Part shown: piece by piece, positions 40,441 through 50,362 of the stretch
How the letters are laid out: each line of letters starts with the position of its first letter
Numbering within the stretch: position 1 is the stretch's first letter
Assembly: GCA_022394755.1 (NCBI GenBank)
Contig: JAGFCA010000024.1
Span: forward strand, 12,368 to 76,367
From: Candidatus Poribacteria bacterium
GTDB lineage: Bacteria > Poribacteria > WGA-4E > WGA-3G
DNA: 64,000 nt
Direction: 5' to 3'
The notes under the pieces: model-generated
What the model was told of the DNA's origin: nothing
Databases searched by the model: none
What the model saw: the letters and a program-made list of their open reading frames with translations, nothing else
Program-made: the position numbers and the translations under genes

Positions 40441-41871
40441 TCAAAGATCTAAGGTTGTCTTCAATTGTAAAAATGGGTTCTGTTTTCTTAGGGTGTCTAT
40501 AGATTTCAAGTCCTCAATTGGATTATCTAAAACCATTAAATGTGTGAGATTCTTAAGATTCCCTATAATTCTAATATCGGTAATTTGATTACCAGATAGG
40601 TTTACCATAATTAGGTCCTGCAATTTTACTATCGGTTCAATGTCCTTGATATGATTGTTCATAAGAGATATTGCATTTAGTTTGTTCATATCTGCAAGTG
40701 GAGAAATATCTATAATCTGATTATTTTCCAATATTAGCATTTCCAGTTTTGTTAATTCATTAAGCGGAGAAATATCATTGATTTCGTTTCCAGAAAGGTC
40801 GAGAAAATTTAATTTCTTCAGTTTACTAAGAGGTTGTATTCGGGTAAGTCCACAGTGAATAAGTGAAAGAAATTCCAACTGATGTAATTCTGAGATAGGG
40901 TTTAGGTCATTAATTTGATTATAAGCGAGTGTAAGAATATTTATCTGTGTCATGACTTTAATAGGTGTTAAGTCTGTTATCTGACACTTAATTAATGATA
41001 AGCTTGTAAGATCTGTGATTTCGGTAACTGGTGTTAAATCCTTAATGTCAATGTTTGTTAGTGATAGATCCGTGAGTTGTGTAAGGTTTGAAAGTATGTC
41101 AAAATCAATGTTTTCTAATTCTCCTCCGTTAATAGATAAATTCGTAAGTTGTATCATTCCACCAATAGGTGTGACATCTGCGATTTTACAATTATGTAGA
41201 TGTAACTGTTTCAACTGTGCCATACCAGAGAGCGGAGTGATATCTACAACTTGATTGCTATCAAGAGATAAGTTCGTAAGATTAGTTAATTCTGTCATCT
41301 GATTAATGTCACTTATATCATTTAAGGTAAGTCCTAATTGGTTAAGTTGAGACAATTCAGATAGGACATCAAACAATTCATTAGAATTTTTGATAGTATT
41401 GTTTTTCAGTTCTAAGTGATTGAGATTTTTTAATCCAGCAATCGGATTTATACTTCTTATATTGTTATTAGTTAGGTTTAATGTTTTCAGTTCGATTAAA
41501 TTGGCAAGTGGTTTGATATTAGATATTTTATTATCATTTAGTGTTAATGATCTAAGCTTTGTAAGCTTATTTAGCGGTTTGATGTTTTGAATGTCGTTAT
41601 GATTAAGGAATAAATTGTTTAGATTTACAGCTTTCTCCAAACCGTTTAACCTTGTAATTTCAGCATGGATCGCACCTAAGACTGTTAATTTACTTAGATC
41701 TTCTTCCAATATAGGAGCATCTGGGTCTAATGCAAGTTCTTTTCGTATTGCATTTGCAAGGTTATCATCAGGAATTAAATTCCGTTCAAAAACAGAACAA
41801 CTCAGAAGAACGGTCAGAATCAAGAAAAATACACAGATATGTTTCATTATTTCATCCTTTATAATTTCCAA
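40441..41871 (-). CDS. Exported leucine-rich repeat protein (internalin-like 22-aa LRRs)
   Basis: Signal peptide (MKHICVFFLILTVLLSCSVFE). About 17 consecutive 22-residue repeats LxxLxxLxLxxNxIxDIxPLxx. Confidence 0.8.
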   Translation of the reverse strand: MEIIKDEIMKHICVFFLILTVLLSCSVFERNLIPDDNLANAIRKELALDPDAPILEEDLSKLTVLGAIHAEITRLNGLEKAVNLNNLFLNHNDIQNIKPLNKLTKLRSLTLNDNKISNIKPLANLIELKTLNLTNNNIRSINPIAGLKNLNHLELKNNTIKNSNELFDVLSELSQLNQLGLTLNDISDINQMTELTNLTNLSLDSNQVVDITPLSGMAQLKQLHLHNCKIADVTPIGGMIQLTNLSINGGELENIDFDILSNLTQLTDLSLTNIDIKDLTPVTEITDLTSLSLIKCQITDLTPIKVMTQINILTLAYNQINDLNPISELHQLEFLSLIHCGLTRIQPLSKLKKLNFLDLSGNEINDISPLNELTKLEMLILENNQIIDISPLADMNKLNAISLMNNHIKDIEPIVKLQDLIMVNLSGNQITDIRIIGNLKNLTHLMVLDNPIEDLKSIDTLRKQNPFLQLKTTLDL

Positions 41872-41872
41872 T

Positions 41873-44455
41873 CTATTGATCTAAATATAAATTGGGTTGT
41901 TCTTTTTTTAGATTTTGGATAGGTGACATGTCCACGATTGGGTTATTCTTAATATGTAGGGTCTGCAGCTGATTTAGATTTTCAAAAACACTCACATCCT
42001 TAATTTGGTTATCAGATAAGGATAACCATTTCAGTTTCTTGAATTTGACTATAGGAGATATATCTTCAATTTTATTCTTATTAAGTACTAAACGACTCAA
42101 ATGGTCTAATTTTGAGAGTGGACTAATATCTTCTACTTGATTATTGTATATAGATAAGGAGGTTAACCGTTTCATATTAGATAAAACAGTCACTAATTGT
42201 GTAATATCAGAAATTTGATTTCCCTCTAATGTTAATGATGAGAGACGGGACAAACTTTCAAGAGCCGAAAAATCCCTAATTTGACAATCAATAAGAACTA
42301 AATTATTCAGTTGACTTAATTTACTGATAGAACTAATATCTAAAATCTTAACCGTACTGAGATAAAACGTATGAAGATGTTTCAAATGAGTCAATGGAGT
42401 GAGATCATTAATCTGGATATTGTGCAAGAATAAGGAATTAAGGTGGAATAAATCTGATAGTGGTGATAAATCACTAATCGGATTGTCTTTAATCGTCAAA
42501 TAGGTAAGATTCTGCAATTCTACAAGTGGTGATATATCACGTATCTGATTCTCATCAATTGATAAAGTAGTCAATTTTGACATCTTTATTAGTGGTGTGA
42601 GGTCTTTGATATTATTTCCATCAATTCTTAATGACTCTAAATCTGTCAAGTCAGATAATGGGGTGAGATCCATGATTTCACCACTACAAATATACAGATC
42701 TTGTAAGTTTTCTAAATCTTTCAGCGGAGATATATCTGTAACTTTATTTTCTTTATTATCTTCTGTTCTATAGAATCTACGGAGACGTAAAGTCCATAGA
42801 GAGTTCAATCCAGCAAGAGGGGTAATATCACGGATCTTATTTCCACCCAATCCTAAACTTAGGATGTTTGGTAGTTTTGAAAGTGGTTCAAGGTTAATTA
42901 TTCGATTATCATCTAAAGATAAATGCCGTAACTTTGTCAAATTCTTTAATGGTCTGAGGTCCTCAATATCATTAAACATCAACATAATGCTCGTTAGTTC
43001 TGATAGTCCTTCAAGTGGAGAAATATCTTGAATTTCATTCAATGCAAGATCTAATTCTTCTAATGCAGTAGCAAACTCTAAACCCGTCAAGTCAACTATT
43101 TTGGTGCTATTTGAAGATAAAGTTGTTAGTTCTTTTAGTTTTTCTATTGTAATTAGATCAACTGAACTTAGACCGAGTTGACGTGCAATTGCTGCTTCTA
43201 AGTTTGGATCAGGAATGATCTCAGATTCTGAGGTTACTACATCCTCCATATTCTCTGTTAAGTTAACATCTGTTTGCTGGGTATTGAAAGGAAGCGTCCT
43301 CTTCTGCCTCAGCTCATCAAGCAGACCTGTATCACTTAGTAGCTCTTTATCTACATTTAAAATATCTAATTCCTTTAAACCCTTGAGTACCTGTATATCA
43401 CGGATTTCGTTGTTTTCTAAATGTAAATAAGTTAATTTTTCCAAGTTTGCAAGGGGTGAAACATCTATAATGTCATTGTGTTGAAGGTACAGAGTCTTTA
43501 ATTGCTTCAAACCATTCAAAGATGGCAAGACTTTAATTGAATTATGATTCAGATATAGTGTTCTTAATTTAGATAAATTGTCAATGGATGGGACATCAGT
43601 AATTCTATTGCTGCTAAGGTTTAGAGTGCTTAGATTGGTCAAACTCACTATAGGATTAATATCATTGATTTCATTTCGAGCAAGTTCTAATTCTCTTAAA
43701 TTTACCAACCCCGATATAGGAGTAATATCTTGAATTTTATTGTTCGACAATATCAAAGTCTGAAGATTTAGCAAATTTTCAAGAGAGGATATAGAGGTTA
43801 TACGATTTAAATCCAATGTGAGACTATTTAGTTGTTTGAGTTTTTGAAGTGATGGTATTTCTCTTATTCGATTGTCACGAAGGCTAAGTATTATCAATTT
43901 ATGTAGATTTATAATCGGTGTAAAATCTTGTATCTCATTATATTCAAGGAAAATTGTTCTTAATTGTTTTAGATTTCTTAATGCTTCTATACCTTGGATA
44001 TAATTCCTGGACAGAGATAATGAACGTAGGTGATTTAATTTTGAAATAGGCGTCAAATCTGAAATATGGTTATTATCAAGATTCAAAGACCGAAGTCTTT
44101 TCATTTTCTTTAATGTTGATATATCGGTAATATTATTTCTATAAAGTGATAATTGGGTAAGTTTTGTTAATCCCTGAATTGGTGTTATATCTGAAATCTC
44201 ATTCTGATTAAGTGTTAAGACTTTTAATTCTGTAGCATATTCTAAACCAGATAAATCGTTTATCCCTTTATCAGATGCATCAAGTTCTGTCAATTCCTTC
44301 ATATTTTTATTTAAAATTGGTGTATCTGAATCTATTTTGAGAGCATCTCTAATTGCAGTCTCTAAATTCTTATCTGGTATATCTATTTCTATTGGTTCTT
44401 GTGAAACACAACCAATAAATGCCACAAAGAAAATTAGAAAAATTGCATATCTCAT
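41873..44455 (-). CDS. Large leucine-rich repeat lipoprotein (internalin-like LRRs), 860 aa
   Basis: Lipobox FIGC. More than 30 22-aa LRRs in two blocks separated by a linker. 1-nt gap to the downstream LRR gene. Confidence 0.8.
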   Translation of the reverse strand: MRYAIFLIFFVAFIGCVSQEPIEIDIPDKNLETAIRDALKIDSDTPILNKNMKELTELDASDKGINDLSGLEYATELKVLTLNQNEISDITPIQGLTKLTQLSLYRNNITDISTLKKMKRLRSLNLDNNHISDLTPISKLNHLRSLSLSRNYIQGIEALRNLKQLRTIFLEYNEIQDFTPIINLHKLIILSLRDNRIREIPSLQKLKQLNSLTLDLNRITSISSLENLLNLQTLILSNNKIQDITPISGLVNLRELELARNEINDINPIVSLTNLSTLNLSSNRITDVPSIDNLSKLRTLYLNHNSIKVLPSLNGLKQLKTLYLQHNDIIDVSPLANLEKLTYLHLENNEIRDIQVLKGLKELDILNVDKELLSDTGLLDELRQKRTLPFNTQQTDVNLTENMEDVVTSESEIIPDPNLEAAIARQLGLSSVDLITIEKLKELTTLSSNSTKIVDLTGLEFATALEELDLALNEIQDISPLEGLSELTSIMLMFNDIEDLRPLKNLTKLRHLSLDDNRIINLEPLSKLPNILSLGLGGNKIRDITPLAGLNSLWTLRLRRFYRTEDNKENKVTDISPLKDLENLQDLYICSGEIMDLTPLSDLTDLESLRIDGNNIKDLTPLIKMSKLTTLSIDENQIRDISPLVELQNLTYLTIKDNPISDLSPLSDLFHLNSLFLHNIQINDLTPLTHLKHLHTFYLSTVKILDISSISKLSQLNNLVLIDCQIRDFSALESLSRLSSLTLEGNQISDITQLVTVLSNMKRLTSLSIYNNQVEDISPLSKLDHLSRLVLNKNKIEDISPIVKFKKLKWLSLSDNQIKDVSVFENLNQLQTLHIKNNPIVDMSPIQNLKKEQPNLYLDQ

Positions 44456-44631
44456 GATACATTATCCTTACTAACATCATCTATATTAGGACTATATAAA
44501 ATCTTACTGTATAATAACACATAAGAGTAATGTTTACTATATATTCTCTATTATATATTGAGGCAATCATATTCTAATCTTAACACGACTTATGTCATAC
44601 TCTATAATTTGACTACAATTTTCTAATATCT

Positions 44632-45558
44632 ATGAAGGTATCAACAAATTATACAATAACTGCTATAGATGGTATACAAGTAGGTCATGCGACTAATATA
44701 TCTGCAAAAACGGGTTGTACTGTGATACTTTGTCCTGAAGGTACTACTGCAGGGGTGGATGTCCGTGGGGCTGCACCCGGCACACGTGAGACTGATGCCA
44801 TACGTCCTGGACGATTAATTCAGGAAGTACACGGAATCCTGTTGACAGGAGGAAGTGCGTTTGGTTTGGATGCTACAAGTGGTGTTGTTCAATATCTTGA
44901 ACAGAGAGAAATTGGTTTTAAAGCAGGAGACGTACGTGTTCCAATAGTTCCGACAGCAGTTATCTTTGATTTACATGTTGGAGATGGAAAGATCCGTCCA
45001 AATAAAGACATGGGATATGAAGCATGTATTAATGCAGATAATACTCAAGTCTTGATGGGGAGTATTGGTGCAGGAACTGGTGCAACTGTTGGAAAAGCAC
45101 CAGGGATAGAACCATCACCAGGAGGAATTGGTTCTGGATGTATTCGTCTTGAAAATGGATTAATTGTTGCTGCTCTTACTGTAGTAAATTCTCTTGGAAA
45201 TGTGGTAGATCCTAAGTCGGGTGAGATTATCTCAGGCGGAAAAGATAAAGGGGTGTATGTGGATATAACCGAACGACTATTAGATGCAGATATTGTTCCA
45301 GGGACAAATACGACCATCGGTGTCGTTGCTACTAATGCTAAACTGACAGTAGCTGAAGCAACACGTGTCGCAGAGATGGCACACGATGGAATGGCACGTG
45401 CAATCTATCCATCACATACCATGTTTGATGGGGATACACTGTTTACCCTTGCTACAGGTAAACATGAACAAAGTAGTGTGAATACGATTGGAATACTCGG
45501 AGCAGAGGCTGTTGCAAAATCAATTGTAAACGCTGTAATGGCTTCAACACCGAGCTAA
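44632..45558 (+). CDS. Peptidase family S58 (DmpA/P1 aminopeptidase-like) protein
   Basis: GIQVGHATN...GCTVIL...LTGGSAFGLDATSGVVQYLEQREIGF...TIGVVATNAKL. Ntn-hydrolase DmpA/ArgJ-like pattern. Confidence 0.65.
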   Translation: MKVSTNYTITAIDGIQVGHATNISAKTGCTVILCPEGTTAGVDVRGAAPGTRETDAIRPGRLIQEVHGILLTGGSAFGLDATSGVVQYLEQREIGFKAGDVRVPIVPTAVIFDLHVGDGKIRPNKDMGYEACINADNTQVLMGSIGAGTGATVGKAPGIEPSPGGIGSGCIRLENGLIVAALTVVNSLGNVVDPKSGEIISGGKDKGVYVDITERLLDADIVPGTNTTIGVVATNAKLTVAEATRVAEMAHDGMARAIYPSHTMFDGDTLFTLATGKHEQSSVNTIGILGAEAVAKSIVNAVMASTPS

Positions 45559-46952
45559 ATGGGTTCACCTTGCATTTCATTGGGTATATTCATACCAAAT
45601 TCCTTTAGTATGGTCGGAGCAATATCATATATGCTTTTCGTTGGAATACTCCCGCGTATATGTTCGCCATTCCTTAAAATAAACATCCCCATCTCGGCAT
45701 GGTTACAATCATCAGGACCTGTATCGTTCTCATAAGTATAGATACTATTATATCCAACACTTCCTACAGAACGCCAATATAGATCACCGAAGTATACTAT
45801 CAGATCTGGTGGTATATTATTACACTCCCGATATACTTCCTTTGGTTTAAAAACGCGTGTATTAATATTCTCACCAGATTCGTCAACAATCGCTTCAAGT
45901 TGTTCCTTTAATTCATTTTGAACCGACTCGTAGTCTTCTGCCCTTACAATCCCATGGGGTTCTCTACCTGCGAGGTTAATAAAGATCCTCCCATAATACC
46001 CACCTTCTCCCCATGCTTTTGTGTTCTCCCAATCAATCATCTCAGGTTTACATTTGGTTATCTTTAGTGGTTTATGTTTTAAAGTAAGATATCCGTTCTG
46101 TTGTAACCATTCATTCACACAGATTCCTCCATCCATCCTCTTCGCACCATGATCTGAAACTACCAAAACAGTTGTGTTTTTGTCAACAAGCGCCAAAATC
46201 GATCCCAGTTCCTCATCAAGTAATCTGTAGTAATTTCGCATAGTATCAGAGAATTTTGAGTTTGGTTCATATTTAAAATGTTCTATATCCCAATATCGCC
46301 AAAATGCATGATGCAATCTATCTGAACCCATCTCAACCATCATAAAGAAATCCCATGCTTTTCTCTCAACCAGATAACGTGCTAACTTAAACCGTTCACG
46401 GGTCATCTTGATTAAATCTTTTTCCAACACCTCTCTATCATCAGTACGATAGTTTGGTATATCAATCATATATTCAGGAGCATTTTGCATGATCTCACGT
46501 GTCAATCTTGGTGGGAATGTACATTGTAGGTTAGACTGTGTGATATGAGTATTGAGATCACCTGGCGTAAGAAAACTGGTAACCATCCACCCGGGAAAAG
46601 GCTTGGCAGGATATGTAAGAGGAACACCAAGTACAACAGAACGCTTTTGTACCTGACCAAGTAATTCCCATAGTGTGGGTACTTTGACTGCCAGTGAATT
46701 GGATATAGACATAGCATCATAGGTATTATCCTTACGATTACGGAAACCGTAAATACCTATTTCGCCAGGATCGCGGCTGGTCATCATACACATCCAGGCT
46801 GGCACGGTGATGGGTGGTATAGTACTCTTTAGTTCACCATAAATTCCCTCTGACATCAGCCGTTGTGTATTTGGCATATCATCTTTGAATGCATCAAAGA
46901 CAAGTTCAGGTGCAGCACAATCCCAACCGATGACGATTACCCGTTTTTTCAT
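45555..46952 (-). CDS. Alkaline phosphatase-superfamily enzyme (type I phosphodiesterase/nucleotide pyrophosphatase-like)
   Basis: MKKRVIVIGWDCAAPE...VLVVSDHGAKRMDGG, metal-ligand motifs typical of PF01663-like AP superfamily members. Confidence 0.6.
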   Translation of the reverse strand: MKKRVIVIGWDCAAPELVFDAFKDDMPNTQRLMSEGIYGELKSTIPPITVPAWMCMMTSRDPGEIGIYGFRNRKDNTYDAMSISNSLAVKVPTLWELLGQVQKRSVVLGVPLTYPAKPFPGWMVTSFLTPGDLNTHITQSNLQCTFPPRLTREIMQNAPEYMIDIPNYRTDDREVLEKDLIKMTRERFKLARYLVERKAWDFFMMVEMGSDRLHHAFWRYWDIEHFKYEPNSKFSDTMRNYYRLLDEELGSILALVDKNTTVLVVSDHGAKRMDGGICVNEWLQQNGYLTLKHKPLKITKCKPEMIDWENTKAWGEGGYYGRIFINLAGREPHGIVRAEDYESVQNELKEQLEAIVDESGENINTRVFKPKEVYRECNNIPPDLIVYFGDLYWRSVGSVGYNSIYTYENDTGPDDCNHAEMGMFILRNGEHIRGSIPTKSIYDIAPTILKEFGMNIPNEMQGEPI

Positions 46953-46960
46953 AGATCCCT

Positions 46961-48313
46961 TTATGCTATACGAGGGTTCTTCCCACCCAGAAATTCTTCA
47001 CTCGTATTCCATAAATCAGCTAAACCGAGTTCCCGAATGTGATCTAACCCTGGAAGAAACGGATCATTTGTCCTGGTTAACCACTTTTGTAGTTCTGACT
47101 CTAATTCTTTACGAATTGTTTGTGAGTCGCTATCATCAATAAGGTTGTTCATCTGATATGGATCGGCATCGTTATCATATAGTAACCAACCTGTTCCATC
47201 ATATTGTCTTGCATAAGTGTGTTGATGAGTTCGAATACCTCGCCATTCCTTTAAACCCCAATTATTACCTTCGCCTCCATGTAATGGTACTCCTAAGAAA
47301 ACTGATTCAGGTTCATCAATAGTCTGTCCAAGCATTGCATCGGACAGGTCTATACCTTCAACACCATCAGGTATAGATAACCCGCACAAGGAAAGCATGG
47401 ATGGCATAAAATCAACAAGTGATAACAGTGTCTCACGAGTAACACCAGCAGGTATTCTTTTTGGATATCTAATCATAAAGGGGATACGGCTTGATTCATC
47501 CCAAGGCCGTTCCTTCCTCACATGTCCATGGCTTCCTATCATGTCTCCGTGGTCTGATGTATAAACAAGAATTGTATCTTCAGCTATTCCAATCTCATCA
47601 AGGGCACTCATTAGTTTACCAAGGTTTTCATCCAAGGCTGTGATATGACTATAGTAACCTGATAAATCTCTTCGTGTGTTTGGAGTATCAACAGCATTTG
47701 GTCGTAATTGGATCTCATCTGGTGGATACATTTCTTTATAATGTTCTGGTACATGTTCATAAGGATTATGGGGTGGACCCCAACTCAAATATAGGCAAAA
47801 TGGATCATCTGCATAATCTTTAAAGAATTCAATTGCCTTATCAGTTTGAAAATCGGGTTCGTACCCTTCAATTTTGAATTGATTTCCATCAGAATCGTGA
47901 TATGGAGCATTAAAATAGTTGTGATGGCAATTCCATCCCACCCAATGGTCGAATCCGAATCGCATTTCAGGAGTAATAGTCTTATTTCTGGGTACTCCAC
48001 CAAGATGCCATTTCCCAATGTAACCAGTAGCATAGCCATCATCCTTGAAAATCTCCGCAATACCAGTTTCTGATAATGGTAACGGAAGATCATTAGAAAC
48101 GGCTTTATGATTTAAGGGGTATTTACCAGTCATAAGACATCCACGTGCTGGTACACATATAGGGACATTCGTGAAAGTATTTGGAAAATACATTCCTTCC
48201 TGTGCCAATTGATCCATTGCCGGGGTCTGTACTTGTGGATTATCAGCACAACCTACATCACATTGACGATGTTGGTCCCCAAAAACAAAAACTAAATTCG
48301 GTTTACGTTCCAT
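46961..48313 (-). CDS. Sulfatase (Cys-type, formylglycine-dependent)
   Basis: VFVFGDQHR...PICVPARGCLMTGKYP (C-x-P-x-R formylglycine motif)...GKWHLGG. No signal peptide evident. Confidence 0.85.
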   Translation of the reverse strand: MERKPNLVFVFGDQHRQCDVGCADNPQVQTPAMDQLAQEGMYFPNTFTNVPICVPARGCLMTGKYPLNHKAVSNDLPLPLSETGIAEIFKDDGYATGYIGKWHLGGVPRNKTITPEMRFGFDHWVGWNCHHNYFNAPYHDSDGNQFKIEGYEPDFQTDKAIEFFKDYADDPFCLYLSWGPPHNPYEHVPEHYKEMYPPDEIQLRPNAVDTPNTRRDLSGYYSHITALDENLGKLMSALDEIGIAEDTILVYTSDHGDMIGSHGHVRKERPWDESSRIPFMIRYPKRIPAGVTRETLLSLVDFMPSMLSLCGLSIPDGVEGIDLSDAMLGQTIDEPESVFLGVPLHGGEGNNWGLKEWRGIRTHQHTYARQYDGTGWLLYDNDADPYQMNNLIDDSDSQTIRKELESELQKWLTRTNDPFLPGLDHIRELGLADLWNTSEEFLGGKNPRIA

Positions 48314-48338
48314 TCTTTCTCCTATTTATGAAAGTGTA

Positions 48339-49364
48339 TTATTGCATCCACGCATATATCTTCCGAAGTGTATTCTCACTATGAGTCCATAGGGATCTCT
48401 TAAATGGTGAAAGTACTTTTGTGTAAGTATAGAAATCGGTTTTGATTGCACGGTATTGCTCTTTGTGTGCAATTAATCCTTCATTATCAGGTGGTGAAGC
48501 ACCAAAATCAACATATTCATAACCTTCTTGACATGCCCATTTAATTATGTGGTGGAAGATAGCGTTATTTGGACGGTAATTCAAGTATTTTGGAATTGAC
48601 GCTTCACACCATAAGGTAACTGTCTTATTGAAGTATAGATATAGCAATCCTGCGATAATTGTATCTGAATATGTAGCAATAGCAAGATTAGCAATACCAT
48701 TATTTAATAGTGATTGCATAAGGTTAATAGGTTTGGGGGTTCCCCCTAATCTTTTGACAGTCTTAATGTACATTTCATAGAATGTTTTTAAGTCTTCATG
48801 ATTATCTGTATCTCGAACTTCTACACCGGATTTTTCAGCTTTTCTAACAGCACCTCTAACCCTTTTATTATATGCGTTCCAAATAGAATCTATACTTGTT
48901 TTCGTATTTAGTATATGTGTGAACCTTTCTGTATATTTATAACCCATTTCAGTCAAAAGATTCTTGCTATTATCGAAATTAGTCCCGGATAATGTCCAAG
49001 CGAGTTCACACCATCCATTTGCTCTTGATATGCTGCTGACATATTCCTGCATAGTAGAGATTAAGGATGTAGTATTCAGATCAACAGAATTTACAATATG
49101 AGGACCACCTACTAAATTCCACGGCATTGAATTCCACAACTTAATTCCAGGAATTGGTTGAAACACAAATGATGGAATACCCCCTATAATTGTCTCATTT
49201 TGTTTAATTAGTAGATAAATTGGTGTAAGTTGTTTAAAGGAACGATCAAGGGATTCCATCCATGTTTTACTGTGAAATGCAGTGGAATCGGGACATCTTT
49301 GCATAAGGTTATCCCATTCTTGAGGATTCTCTAATGAGAATTTTTCAATTGTATACACATTCAC
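48339..49364 (-). CDS. FemAB-like / GNAT-fold acyltransferase family protein, hypothetical
   Basis: 341-aa ORF. Resemblance to FemAB-like acetyltransferase (PF13480-type) proteins judged from length and HSKTWMESL...LYLYFNKTVTLWCEAS pattern. Weak. Confidence 0.4.
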   Translation of the reverse strand: MNVYTIEKFSLENPQEWDNLMQRCPDSTAFHSKTWMESLDRSFKQLTPIYLLIKQNETIIGGIPSFVFQPIPGIKLWNSMPWNLVGGPHIVNSVDLNTTSLISTMQEYVSSISRANGWCELAWTLSGTNFDNSKNLLTEMGYKYTERFTHILNTKTSIDSIWNAYNKRVRGAVRKAEKSGVEVRDTDNHEDLKTFYEMYIKTVKRLGGTPKPINLMQSLLNNGIANLAIATYSDTIIAGLLYLYFNKTVTLWCEASIPKYLNYRPNNAIFHHIIKWACQEGYEYVDFGASPPDNEGLIAHKEQYRAIKTDFYTYTKVLSPFKRSLWTHSENTLRKIYAWMQ

Positions 49365-50008
49365 ATTGTAGTTGAAATAAGACTTTTTATCAAGATTACA
49401 TTTTTTTGGAATGTAAAGTTTTTGGCATTAATATCGTATTTTCCATGTGTATATTTATAGATTACAGTTATTGAGTGTCAGTAAACAGTTTACATTAGTA
49501 TTAAATCTAAACTATTACATTTATTAAGATGATTTTATCGTTTTTCCCACTTAGTAGATTTTATTATATGTGTGAGAAAATGTTACACTTTTCCTACAAA
49601 GTGTAGGATTATCTCCTGTTGCTACACTGCCTTTCCTGTTAGTCCCTGTCAGGGTTTGTAACGAATTAAACCTCTAATTCTAAAATTTGAAAAAAGTTAC
49701 AAATTTTGTAGTTTTCCTTGATTAGCGATTATTCTGTTTTTACTATTAATATTCTCATAACATACTATTTATCGGCAGATTCACTCCTGAAAAATCAGAT
49801 TATTGGATTAGATTGTAAAACACTTTGTTTTACTACTATGTAGTATAATAATTCTCTATATGTTATTGTATCATTTATTTTATTATGTCAATGTATATTT
49901 ATCTATATGATATTAGTTTCTTTATCATATATTTTCTTCATTTTATTTTTATGAATTATGCAGGTTGTTATCTGAAACGCTGTTAGTCGACTGCTATTGC
50001 TCCTCATG

Positions 50009-50046
50009 TCAGAATCGTGGATTACATTGTTTGATCCCGATTCTGA
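50009..50046. repeat. Inverted repeat TCAGAATCG-(20 nt)-CGATTCTGA in non-coding gap
   Basis: Perfect 9-bp arms. The same GAATCAGAATC core recurs as a tandem GAATCA array at 50072-50098. Confidence 0.45.
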
Positions 50047-50362
50047 ATAGGATTTTACAGATTTCGCCCCTCGAATCAGAATCAGGAATCAAGAATCAAC
50101 GTTATGAATGCCGTAGGTCATTACCCGTGGCTATCCTTTATATTATCCAAAATCTTTTTTGGAATTAGATTCTCGGTAGTAAAATGTCGAAAATGTCCTA
50201 ACACTTTAAAATTTGGTTGAATCCTCTCTGAAATTTCCCAAACTATAGTAGCTACAAAAAATATTGTTGTATAGTGACAAAAAGTTTACACATCCGATCT
50301 TGAGTTATATAGTGTTATTTCCTATAAATATATGCTATAATCAACAGTAAAGTATAGGAAAT

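Noticed and set aside
40441-44455. Regular ~66-bp periodicity in the DNA, which could be mistaken for a CRISPR-like or satellite repeat array
   Set aside because: The periodicity is the coding repeat of 22-aa leucine-rich repeats within two long intact ORFs. There are no conserved direct repeats separated by unique spacers and no cas genes.
49965-50168. 67-aa ORF overlapping the GAATCA repeat/palindrome array
   Set aside because: The reading frame is generated by the repeat itself (translation ...NRILQISPLESESGIKNQ..). No SD. The region is better explained as regulatory or structured DNA.
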